From Fibrobacter sp. (GTDB lineage Bacteria > Fibrobacterota > Fibrobacteria > Fibrobacterales > Fibrobacteraceae), in the NCBI GenBank assembly GCA_024399065.1, contig JAKSIB010000017.1, forward strand, positions 464-64,463: 64,000 nt of DNA, in the 5' to 3' direction. A model generated the notes under the pieces. It ran no database searches. It saw only the letters and a list, made by a program, of their open reading frames with translations, and was not told where the DNA came from. Shown piece after piece: positions 55,894 to 64,000 of the stretch. The position numbers and the translations under genes are program-made. Each line of letters starts with the position of its first letter. Within the stretch, counting starts at the first letter, position 1.

Positions 55894-56920
55894 TCGCATT
55901 TGTCATTCAGAACCAATCCTGCGTCATTCTGAGCCGAAGGCGAAGAATCCAGTCGTTATGTTCCTTGTGTACATGATGGCGTTGGTCTCTTTCGCTTCTG
56001 CGGCGGAGGATTATTTCTTCAAGGCTAACGAGCTTTACGACCAGGGGCGTTATAAGGAATCTGTCCCTCTGTATCGTGCCGCCATCGACGAAGGTCGTTA
56101 CGAACCTTTCGCCTGGTTCAACTTGGGCAATGCTCTCGTGCAGCTGGGCCGTAAGGAAGTGGCTCTTGTGGCTTACAAGCGCACCGTGGAACTGTTGCCC
56201 AATTTCGAAAAGGCCTGGATGCTCATGGGTGACATCTATTATCTCGCAGGGGATGCGGGGGAGGCCATTGCCGCCTACAAGCGCGCCGTGGAGCTGGGAG
56301 TAGAATCGGACCACGTTCATTTCGCCCTGGCTGAGTGCTACATGAAGGGTCGCGACTGGACCCTTGCCCAGAAGAACTTTGAACGGGCCCTCCAGCTGAA
56401 CCCCGACCGCATGGACGCCTGGTACGGCCTTGCCGAAGTCTACGAAAAGCTGGGCGACTACGAATACGCCATCAAGACCCTGCAGAATGCCCTGCAGATG
56501 ACCGCCACCGCCGGCGCCGACGTCCACTTTACCATGGCCTATTACTACCGCAGTATGGACTCCACCAAGAAGTCCCTGAACGAAATGGAGAACGGACTCC
56601 TCATGGATCCCGAGAACGTTTCCGCCCGCCGCTACCTGGCCCAGATGTACGTGAAGGCCGAATCCCCCTGGATGGCGATCTTCACCCTGGAAGAAGGCCT
56701 CCGCCACAGCAAGGGCAAGGCCGACCTGAACCTTGACCTGGGGCAGATCTACTTTACCCAGAAGCGTTACGACGAAGCCTTTGAATGCTACATGAAGGCC
56801 TGGCTGGCCGGCAATTCCCAAGGCCGCATCGGTGCCGAAAACGTAGGCCACGTCTTCTCCAACGCGGGGGAGACCGAAAAGGCCGAAAGCCTCTACAAGC
56901 GCATCCGCGAGAAGAAGTAA
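55883..56920 (+). CDS. TPR-repeat protein (TtpD-like); start may be 55958
   Basis: Multiple TPR units (AWFNLGNAL, A.AAYKRAVEL, AWYGLAEVY); last gene of the TonB cluster. Confidence 0.88.
   Translation: MSSSRICHSEPILRHSEPKAKNPVVMFLVYMMALVSFASAAEDYFFKANELYDQGRYKESVPLYRAAIDEGRYEPFAWFNLGNALVQLGRKEVALVAYKRTVELLPNFEKAWMLMGDIYYLAGDAGEAIAAYKRAVELGVESDHVHFALAECYMKGRDWTLAQKNFERALQLNPDRMDAWYGLAEVYEKLGDYEYAIKTLQNALQMTATAGADVHFTMAYYYRSMDSTKKSLNEMENGLLMDPENVSARRYLAQMYVKAESPWMAIFTLEEGLRHSKGKADLNLDLGQIYFTQKRYDEAFECYMKAWLAGNSQGRIGAENVGHVFSNAGETEKAESLYKRIREKK
55901..55950 (+). repeat. partial plus full GTCAT-tagged palindrome at the tonB/TPR junction
   Basis: TGTCATTCAGAACC and CGTCATTCTGAGCCGAAGGCGAAGAATCC. 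Confidence 0.7.
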
Positions 56921-57062
56921 CGTTAAAAATCGTTACAAAATGTGTGATTTATTCAAAAAAAACGAATAACTTAAAGAACTTATAAAAAAGTTACGCAATC
57001 CCTTTAAACTTTGTACAAAACTTTTTAACTTTGTGTGCAAAGTTTTTCTTTAAGGATAAAAA

Positions 57063-58226
57063 ATGAAAAAATTGTTTGGTTTGGCCCTCATCGGGCTGAT
57101 GGTCGGCACCGCCGGTGCTGCCTGTACTGTTGTTTCTGGATCAAATGGTTCTGACTCTACCTGTACTGAAGTTGTTACTAGAGCAGATACTATTAGCTAT
57201 GACTTTGGTGCTATCGTTGCTAATCGTGTTACGAATAAGATCGATACTCTTCATTCATCAAAGCATTGCGATGATTATTCGAATGGTTATGTGACTAAAA
57301 AGTGTAATAAGGATTGGGTTATTGCAGAAGGTGAAACGACTCACGGCCCTGATTCCGATGGAGGTTCTTTTGCCACCATTTATGGTGAAAAGTCTTCTTG
57401 CCCTGAAGATAATGCTGATTGTTACAAGAACTTGAATATCACTGAGAACGTTACCGTTTCAAATATTGACTTCAAGAGAACTTTTGTTCGCAATTCGAGC
57501 GACAATACTGTTGCTTCTACGGTAGTTTTTCCTTTTAGTTTCGCATCAAACTGTGTTAGTGGCGCAACGTTTTCTAAGCTTGAAACGATTTCTTACAACA
57601 AGAATGGCGACAATATCTGGCGTGCTCATGTAAAAATGGGGGAGAGTACTATTGAAGCGCATACCCCCTACATTGTAAAGGCAACAGGCAGTTCTTTGAC
57701 GTTCAAATCTTCTTGTAACTATAAGTTTGAACCGGGGTCTGCTAAGAATTATACCGTTAATTTAGATTATCATTCTTCAGTTGGTGAATCCTATTCTGGT
57801 TCTTGGAATTTTGTCGGTACCTATGATATGGTTCAGTGGGGAGAGGACAATTCTGAATTGGGTAAGGTTTATGGTTTTGCTGCTAATTCCAAGGGATCTG
57901 TTTCTGCCGGCCAGTTTGTAAAGGCTAGTGCAGGTGCAAGTGTTCCTGCAATGCGTGCTTATTTGAAGTATGTTCCTTCCATAAGCCTTCAAAAGGCTGC
58001 CTTTGGTGCTGTGTCTGCTCTTCCCGAAGAAGAACTTCCCACCTCCATTGAACTTGTTTTCGAAGATGGTGATAAGATCATGGCAATTGGTCAGTTGAAC
58101 ACCCGCACTGGTGAAATCTCTGTGGATGAAAATCTGTGGTTCGACATGAAGGGCCGCAAGCTGAACAAGAAGCCCTCCGTCAAGGGTACCTACTACAACA
58201 ACGGCCAAAAGGTCATCATCAAGTAA
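57063..58226 (+). CDS. secreted protein with conserved GASVP.MRAYL domain and CTD-like tail
   Basis: Signal peptide; tail WFDMKGRKLNKKPSVKGTYYNNGQKVIIK resembling T9SS-type CTDs. Confidence 0.85.
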   Translation: MKKLFGLALIGLMVGTAGAACTVVSGSNGSDSTCTEVVTRADTISYDFGAIVANRVTNKIDTLHSSKHCDDYSNGYVTKKCNKDWVIAEGETTHGPDSDGGSFATIYGEKSSCPEDNADCYKNLNITENVTVSNIDFKRTFVRNSSDNTVASTVVFPFSFASNCVSGATFSKLETISYNKNGDNIWRAHVKMGESTIEAHTPYIVKATGSSLTFKSSCNYKFEPGSAKNYTVNLDYHSSVGESYSGSWNFVGTYDMVQWGEDNSELGKVYGFAANSKGSVSAGQFVKASAGASVPAMRAYLKYVPSISLQKAAFGAVSALPEEELPTSIELVFEDGDKIMAIGQLNTRTGEISVDENLWFDMKGRKLNKKPSVKGTYYNNGQKVIIK

Positions 58227-58231
58227 GGAGT

Positions 58232-58393
58232 ATGAAAATGTTTAAGAAAGAATATGTCGCTCCGAAGATGGATATTGTTGATTTGAAGATGGAAGCCCCC
58301 CTGCTTGGCGCTTCTGACGGTCCCGAAGGCGTTACCGAATACGATGACGAATTCGGCTGCCTCTACAATCCCGAAATGGATCGCAAGGCTTAA
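58232..58393 (+). CDS. small peptide 1 with YxxPxM leader motif (putative RiPP-like precursor)
   Basis: MKMFKKEYVAPKMDIVDLKMEAPLLGASDGPEGVTEYDDEFGCLYNPEMDRKA; AAGGAG RBS 7 nt before ATG 58238; near-identical paralogue at 61347. Confidence 0.85.
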   Translation: MKMFKKEYVAPKMDIVDLKMEAPLLGASDGPEGVTEYDDEFGCLYNPEMDRKA

Positions 58394-58456
58394 TCGCTAG
58401 TCATAAAAATTTTACATAAAATCAGGGCGCATTTTACCTCAAAAAAGCGTGTTAAT

Positions 58457-58486
58457 AGAAGGCGGGCTTAAAAAGCCCGCCTTTCT
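58457..58486 (+). terminator. hairpin/terminator upstream of the Rpn-family gene
   Basis: AAGGCGGGCT-TAAAA-AGCCCGCCTT. Confidence 0.65.
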
Positions 58487-58507
58487 CTGTAACCGATAGG
58501 AGGTAAA

Positions 58508-59422
58508 ATGAATAGAGAACGATTTGCCTGGTTCCTTGGAGAACTGAAAGCAAAGAACGACAATGGCGAGGACATTGACGCCTTTGTCAAGCAGTATGAA
58601 AACGAAACCGTCTACATCTATAACGACGCTTGTCTTAGGAAGATTTTCGCAACCCAGGCGAATCTTCCTCTGACGACGGACCTGCTGAATGCGTCCCTGA
58701 ATCTCATCGGGTCTGACCGTATCATGGATCCCAGCCTTCGCAATCCCTTTATCCCTGGCGATTTGGGATACAGGTCAGTGGAGCCGGATATTGTCCTGAC
58801 GACTAACGGTGAGAATGGCGTCAAGGACAGAATCTCTATCGAGTTCCAGCATGAGGGTGGGGACCTTTACAAGGACCGCTTGGTGCTTTACGTGTCCCGT
58901 CACGAAAGCAACATGGTGAAGCCTGGCGAAGTTCCGAAACTGGACAACTTGCACATCATCAGTTTTCAGCTGTTCGACACGTTCCCGTGGGTTCATTCCA
59001 AAAATTACAGGCACACCATTAAGTTGATGAACCAGGATCACGATGTATTTTTCGACAAGCTGACTATCACCCTGGTGGAAGTCAAGAAGTTCCGTATCCG
59101 TGCCGCAGAGTTCGCTGGCGACTACAGTCGTATTGCTCAGTGGTTGCGCGCCATCGACGCCTTGAACGAAAACGCCGATTTCACGCCCTTCGCAAACGAT
59201 CCTGTTTTCAGGCTCTTGCAGCAGGAGGTGAAATTATGTAACTTTAGTTCAAGGTTTCTTCTGAAGGAGGCTATGGGTATGACAGATATGACTTTGGTGA
59301 AGTATAATGCTGCAAAGGAAAATTCCAAGCAGATTGCCCGCAACATGCTTGCGGAAGGAGCTTCAATTGAGTTTGTAGCAAAAACGACAAAGCTCACTGT
59401 AGAGGAAATCAAGGCTTTGTAG
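58508..59422 (+). CDS. Rpn-family (PD-(D/E)XK nuclease/transposase-like) protein
   Basis: PDIV...ISIEFQ, R...Y, IISF, EVKKF, QWL; C-terminal IARNMLAEGASIEFVAKTTKLTVEEI helix motif. Confidence 0.82.
   Translation: MNRERFAWFLGELKAKNDNGEDIDAFVKQYENETVYIYNDACLRKIFATQANLPLTTDLLNASLNLIGSDRIMDPSLRNPFIPGDLGYRSVEPDIVLTTNGENGVKDRISIEFQHEGGDLYKDRLVLYVSRHESNMVKPGEVPKLDNLHIISFQLFDTFPWVHSKNYRHTIKLMNQDHDVFFDKLTITLVEVKKFRIRAAEFAGDYSRIAQWLRAIDALNENADFTPFANDPVFRLLQQEVKLCNFSSRFLLKEAMGMTDMTLVKYNAAKENSKQIARNMLAEGASIEFVAKTTKLTVEEIKAL
59279..59422 (+). CDS. putative internally initiated 47-aa RpnS-like antitoxin (in frame within the Rpn gene)
   Basis: AAGGAGG at 59264-59270, 8 nt before in-frame ATG 59279. Confidence 0.55.
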   Translation: MTDMTLVKYNAAKENSKQIARNMLAEGASIEFVAKTTKLTVEEIKAL

Positions 59423-59504
59423 TTCCAAGACTTGCGAAAAAATCTTGCGCAATAAGGGCTACAAGTCCATCTCCGACAGAATTGCAAAGGAAGCTTTGAA
59501 ATGT

Positions 59505-59536
59505 AGAAAACACCGCTTTCGGGCGGTGTTTTTTCT
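59505..59536 (+). terminator. intrinsic terminator after the Rpn gene
   Basis: AAAACACCGCT-TTC-GGGCGGTGTTTT followed by further Ts. Confidence 0.8.
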
Positions 59537-59620
59537 ATAAAAAGTGACGGAAATCACTTTGACGAAAACTTACAAAAAACTATCTTTTGCATCGAAATTT
59601 TTATTAGGAATAGACAAAAC

Positions 59621-61339
59621 ATGAAAAAGATTTTTGCTCTTACCTTCGCTGCCGCCATGGCATGTGCAACAAGCGCCTTTGCCGATTGCGCAACTGGCGA
59701 ACATGGCGCCATTTCCATCCAGAATATTGATGGTGTCTGCACCGCTGTGATTTACGGTGATAAAGAATCTTCTGATGCTGCAGGAGATCCAACTCTTTAT
59801 ACAAAACTTAAAGAGTTTGAAGCATCTGTAAACAAGGTTGTTTACAAGAGATCTGGTATTGGTAAAAAACATCAGACAGTCGTTCTTCCTTTTTCCGCTT
59901 CGATTGGTGACTCTAAATGTTCTTTGACTGGCGCTAAATTTTACGCCATTGGAAAAAACGCAAGTGATAAGGAACCCTTCGTTGACAAGAATACAAGTGG
60001 TAAATGGATTGTACGCACTGGCAATAATCCTTTGAGTGAATTGGATGCTCATACTCCGTATATTGTTGTCTTTGAATCAAATCCCGCAGAATTTACAATT
60101 ACCTGTCCTAATGCCATAAATATCAATACCAAAGCCTCTGCTCTGACCTTAAGTAAGGAAAACTGGGATTTTGTTGGCACTTATAGCGGAGAATCTTGGC
60201 CCGACGGTAATCGAAATATCTATGGTATGGCCGGTAAGGCAAAGGACTATACGTTCAATGTCAATGGCAAAGACTCTACAGTAAACGTTAATATTGGCGA
60301 TTTCGTAAGGGCTGGTGCTGGCGCAAGTGTTCCGCCGATGAAAGCTTACCTTCGTTACGTTGGTTCTAGGGCTTTGTCTAAGGCTATTGCTAGTTCTGAA
60401 CTTGACGATAATTCTCCGGAAAATACTCCCGAATTGATATCTGTAAAGATTCCCTTCCGTGAAGAAGCTTGCTTCTTGGAAGGTGATGAAATCATTGAAT
60501 TCAAGACTGTGAACGGCAAGAAAACCGCTTGTATCGATGGCCAGTCTGAAGCTCGCTTGCAGACGCTCAGCATTCCTGAAGATGTTGAAGTTGACTCCGT
60601 TGTGTATAATAGAAAGTTTAAACAAAATGTCCTTTCTACAGTAATGTTCCCCTTTGGTGGTGAAATTCATGGTGTTTTTTATGGAGCTGAATTCTTTAGA
60701 ATTGCTGATGTTCAGTATGTGGACTGGGCGGGGGGATGGACTGTTCTTGCTTGGCAGGTGGGTGAAAAAGCTGATGGAATTTTAATTGCGAATACCCCTT
60801 ATATAATCAATCCGTATGAGGCTTCACAGCTTATTGATGGTGAGTATCTTCCGTTTTGTGTAGGTATTGCTAATTCCTGTGCAACATTGAATACAACAAC
60901 GGGAAATAAGACTACGACAATAGGATCATGGTCCCTGCGCGGTACTTATGAAAAACTGGAATACGGAAAAGCCCCGTTTGCGGGTAGTGCCTATGGATTT
61001 GCTGTAGAGGGAAATTCAAGTGGTGTTACAGCTGGTAAATTTGTAAAAGCAAAAACTGGTGCGAGTGTTCCTCCAATGCGTGCGTATTTGAAGTATGTTG
61101 GACCCGCTCTGAAAACTATGGCAAATGCTTCCATTGAAGAAGATTTGCCTGAGTCTCTCCGTCTGATGCTTCTGGATAGCGACGGCAATACTATGGGCAT
61201 CGGCCGTATAAATACCGTCACTGGCGAAATCAAGATGGATGACAATGTTTGGTTCGACATGAAGGGTCGCAAGATGAACCACAAGCCCACCGTCAAGGGC
61301 ACCTACTACAACAAGGGTCAAAAGGTTATTATTAAGTAA
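59621..61339 (+). CDS. secreted protein with two GASVPPM.AYL domains and CTD-like tail
   Basis: Signal peptide; tandem internal duplication; tail WFDMKGRKMNHKPTVKGTYYNKGQKVIIK. Confidence 0.85.
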   Translation: MKKIFALTFAAAMACATSAFADCATGEHGAISIQNIDGVCTAVIYGDKESSDAAGDPTLYTKLKEFEASVNKVVYKRSGIGKKHQTVVLPFSASIGDSKCSLTGAKFYAIGKNASDKEPFVDKNTSGKWIVRTGNNPLSELDAHTPYIVVFESNPAEFTITCPNAININTKASALTLSKENWDFVGTYSGESWPDGNRNIYGMAGKAKDYTFNVNGKDSTVNVNIGDFVRAGAGASVPPMKAYLRYVGSRALSKAIASSELDDNSPENTPELISVKIPFREEACFLEGDEIIEFKTVNGKKTACIDGQSEARLQTLSIPEDVEVDSVVYNRKFKQNVLSTVMFPFGGEIHGVFYGAEFFRIADVQYVDWAGGWTVLAWQVGEKADGILIANTPYIINPYEASQLIDGEYLPFCVGIANSCATLNTTTGNKTTTIGSWSLRGTYEKLEYGKAPFAGSAYGFAVEGNSSGVTAGKFVKAKTGASVPPMRAYLKYVGPALKTMANASIEEDLPESLRLMLLDSDGNTMGIGRINTVTGEIKMDDNVWFDMKGRKMNHKPTVKGTYYNKGQKVIIK

Positions 61340-61346
61340 GGGGACT

Positions 61347-61508
61347 ATGAAAATGATTAAGAAAGAATACGAAGCTCCGAAGATGGACATTGTTGATTTG
61401 AAGATGGAAGCTCCCTTGCTTGGCGCTTCTGACGGTCCCGAAGGCGTTACCGAATACGATGACGAATTCGGCTGCAACTACAATCCGGAAATGGATCGTA
61501 AGGCATAA
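61347..61508 (+). CDS. small peptide 2 with YxxPxM leader motif (not in ORF track)
   Basis: MKMIKKEYEAPKMDIVDLKMEAPLLGASDGPEGVTEYDDEFGCNYNPEMDRKA; AAGGGGA RBS 8 nt before ATG 61353; 3 substitutions versus peptide 1. Confidence 0.85.
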   Translation: MKMIKKEYEAPKMDIVDLKMEAPLLGASDGPEGVTEYDDEFGCNYNPEMDRKA

Positions 61509-61517
61509 TAAAACTGG

Positions 61518-62408
61518 ATGAGTAGTTCTCTGTACAAAGTTGCGGGTCACGTTTTCTCGATCGCATTCGAGAACGAGGCTCTGGCTGCGGAAATGCTTCC
61601 GCTGATGGGGAACTACATGCCGTTTCAGGTGGAGGCTGGCGCTGGCCTTGACCATACATTCGATTTGAAGGTCGTCGCAGATGCACTGGGCTCTGCAGGC
61701 GGCCTTTTTGATTACGTGGTGGAGACCAGTCAGGAAGACGAAGGTCAGACCATCGTTTGCGGGCACACTTTCGACGGCAAGGCTGTTTTCGATTTCAAGT
61801 TCGGCGACAAGCCTGCGGGCCTGCTGATCTGCTCCAATGAATACCGCCAGGCGGAACTTCACTTGTGCGCAACCTTCCGCAAGGCTGGCCTGGATAACGC
61901 CCTGATGGTGCTTTACGCCTTGGCTACGGCCCGTTTGAATACGGTGCTGTTCCATGCCGCGGTGGTGAGCAAGGATGGCAAAGGCTACATGTTCCTGGGC
62001 AAGAGCGGTACCGGCAAGAGTACCCACGCACGCCTATGGCTCAACAACATCGCCGAAACGGAACTGGTAAACGACGACAATCCTGTGGTCCGTATGCAGC
62101 CCGATGGCGCCTGGGTTTACGGCTCTCCCTGGAGCGGAAAGACTCCCTGCTACAAGGATTTGGCAATGCCGCTGGGCGGTGTGGTTTTGCTGAGTCAGGC
62201 TCCCCACAACAAGATTGCCCGCCTGGGTGGCTTGCAGGCTTATGCTGCCATCGTCCCCAGCATTTCCGGCAAGCGCTGGGACGCTTCCATTGCCGACGGC
62301 CTTCACGATACGGAAAACAAGATGGCTCAGACCGTTCCTACCTATTACCTGGAATGTCTGCCCGACGCCGCTGCCGCTGAACTCTGCTGCAAGACCGTCA
62401 AGGCTTAA
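61518..62408 (+). CDS. HprK-related P-loop kinase
   Basis: LFHAAVV, FLGKSGTGKST Walker A, NDD, VYGSPWSGK. Confidence 0.8.
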   Translation: MSSSLYKVAGHVFSIAFENEALAAEMLPLMGNYMPFQVEAGAGLDHTFDLKVVADALGSAGGLFDYVVETSQEDEGQTIVCGHTFDGKAVFDFKFGDKPAGLLICSNEYRQAELHLCATFRKAGLDNALMVLYALATARLNTVLFHAAVVSKDGKGYMFLGKSGTGKSTHARLWLNNIAETELVNDDNPVVRMQPDGAWVYGSPWSGKTPCYKDLAMPLGGVVLLSQAPHNKIARLGGLQAYAAIVPSISGKRWDASIADGLHDTENKMAQTVPTYYLECLPDAAAAELCCKTVKA

Positions 62409-62503
62409 GTTTCCGCGCTGTAAAAATCTCCGCGACTTTAAATCATCGCGCTGTTTTCGCGATTCGCTAATCTCAAACAAAATTTTTTGTGTATTTTCGA
62501 TGT

Positions 62504-63886
62504 ATGACCTTCCTGCTTGTTGTCATATACGTCGCCTTTATCGGCCTGGGTCTCCCGGATACCATTCTGGGGGCGGCTTGGCCTTTGATGCAGGAAGACT
62601 TGAATGCGCCTCTTTCGGCGGCGGGGCTCCTCTCCATAATCGTTAGCATTGGAACTATCATTTCCAGCCTGATTACGCCAACGTTGATCCGCAAACTGGG
62701 CACGGGCAAACTGGTGGCCTTTAGCATTTGCTGTACGGCCGCAGCGACGGCAGGTTACGGCTTTGCGACGGAATTCTGGATGATGTGCCTCTGGGCAATT
62801 CCCATGGGCCTTGGGGCTGGAGCCATCGACGTGGCCTTGAATAATTTTGCGGCCATCCATCTGGAATCGAAACACACCAACTGGTTGCACGCTAGCTGGG
62901 GAATCGGGGCATGTCTTGGTCCTGCGATTTTGTCTGCATCAGTATTTGTGGGGGCAGGCTGGCGCGGTGCCTACGAACTGAATGCGGTGCTGCTGGGAGC
63001 CATCGTGTTGATGATGCTTGCGGCGCTGCCTCTGTGGAAACGTTATGAAACTCCGAAATCCCGCGACGAAAACGGGCGCGGTGTAAACGAAAACGGACGC
63101 GGTGGAACGAACGCAGGTAGGCGAGGTGATAAAACCGGCGCTTCCTCGGACAAGGATATTTCCTTGCGTGCGGCTCTCCGCGTTCCGGGAATGAAACTTT
63201 CCTTCTTGACTTTCTTCTTTTATTCTGCGTTGGAAATTTCCACCAGCCTTTGGTGCGGCACCTACTTGGTTGCCCGCGGTTTTTCTCCTGAGATCGGGGC
63301 GTTGGCGGTTTCCCTGATGTTCGCCTCTGTGATGATCGGCCGCGTACTCAGCGGTTTCTTTGCCATCAAGTTTACGGACATGCGCTTGGTCCATGCTGGC
63401 ATTGCCATCGTGATTGCAGGCTGCTTTGCTCTGGTGTTGCCGTTGCCCTTGTGGTTCACTCCCGTTTGCATTTGCCTGCTGGGCCTGGGCTGCGCACCTG
63501 TTTATCCTTCCTTGATCCATGCGACGCCTGCCCGCTTCGGTGAGGAACTTTCTGGCCGCGCCATCGGTATTCAGATGGCTGGTTCCTACGTGGGTGCTGT
63601 GCTGATGCCTCCTGCCTTCGGTTTTATTGCGTCCAAATTCTCTGTAATGTTGTGGCCTGTGGCCTTGGCCATTTTTGTGGATTGCCTTTTGGCCTGCGTG
63701 TGGCTATTGGATTACGTGACCCGCAAAAAGCTGAACAACGCTTTTGCTACCGAACGGATTATGGATGTATTGCATCAGGTGGAAGAAATGAATGCCGCCC
63801 GCAACCGCCTTCGCAAGGAACGCCGCCGTGCCAAGCGAAAAGCTAAACTTTTGCAACAACAGAAGGCTCGTCGTAAAACCCGTTAG
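62504..63886 (+). CDS. MFS transporter
   Basis: YVAFIGLGLPDTILGAAWP, GLGAGAIDVALN, about 12 TMs; start taken at ATG 62504. Confidence 0.9.
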   Translation: MTFLLVVIYVAFIGLGLPDTILGAAWPLMQEDLNAPLSAAGLLSIIVSIGTIISSLITPTLIRKLGTGKLVAFSICCTAAATAGYGFATEFWMMCLWAIPMGLGAGAIDVALNNFAAIHLESKHTNWLHASWGIGACLGPAILSASVFVGAGWRGAYELNAVLLGAIVLMMLAALPLWKRYETPKSRDENGRGVNENGRGGTNAGRRGDKTGASSDKDISLRAALRVPGMKLSFLTFFFYSALEISTSLWCGTYLVARGFSPEIGALAVSLMFASVMIGRVLSGFFAIKFTDMRLVHAGIAIVIAGCFALVLPLPLWFTPVCICLLGLGCAPVYPSLIHATPARFGEELSGRAIGIQMAGSYVGAVLMPPAFGFIASKFSVMLWPVALAIFVDCLLACVWLLDYVTRKKLNNAFATERIMDVLHQVEEMNAARNRLRKERRRAKRKAKLLQQQKARRKTR

Positions 63887-64000
63887 AAAATAATCCTTTA
63901 TCTTAAATTATCCTTAGGAAGTGTAATTTTTTGTTGACAACGCTATTTTCGGATCCAAACCGAGAACGGTGAACTTATATTTGTCTCAGAAGTTTTGCGC

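Noticed and set aside
56917-57045. Short inverted repeats (GTAACG-N8-CGTTAC; AACTTTG-N4-CAAAGTT) upstream of the cargo/peptide locus
   Set aside because: Could be operators, but short palindromes in AT-rich DNA are too common to support without conservation data.
58508-59422. Insertion sequence
   Set aside because: No DDE/HUH motifs, terminal inverted repeats or target duplications recognised; the Rpn family is not known to behave as a classical IS.
58232-62408. Canonical lasso-peptide gene cluster
   Set aside because: No asparagine-synthetase-like cyclase, B1/B2 proteins or ABC exporter in the window, and no Thr(-2)-X-Gly cleavage pattern; kept only as a RiPP-like hypothesis.

Overview
A 64-kb bacterial chromosomal window. 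It is almost certainly from a Fibrobacter-like organism (inference from a Fibrobacter major-paralogous-domain lipoprotein, CTD-tailed secreted proteins and overall gene content). Most of it is housekeeping: the 5' part of purF with a structured leader, rsgA, nadD, an RluA-family synthase, tRNA-Asn, metK, the rib genes with nusB, a glycosyltransferase cluster, a pilT/U ATPase, trhP, a divergent dnaA, slyD, mltD and a six-gene TonB cluster. The most striking element is at 57.0-62.4 kb: two large secreted proteins, each followed by a near-identical 51-53 aa peptide gene missed by the ORF track. The peptides carry a YxxPxM RRE/lasso-type leader motif, and the second is followed by an HprK-related P-loop kinase. 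This looks like an undescribed peptide-modification (RiPP-like) system. An Rpn-family nuclease gene with an apparent internally translated 47-aa C-terminal antitoxin sits between the two modules. Other notable items are composite heptamer+palindrome repeats inserted in frame into rsgA and a TonB-cluster gene, a DUF2723/GT117 glycosylation cluster, an acidic repeat-rich TPR protein coupled to pilT/U, and a SlyD with a Cys-rich tail. All family assignments come from motif recognition by eye; no database searches were run.
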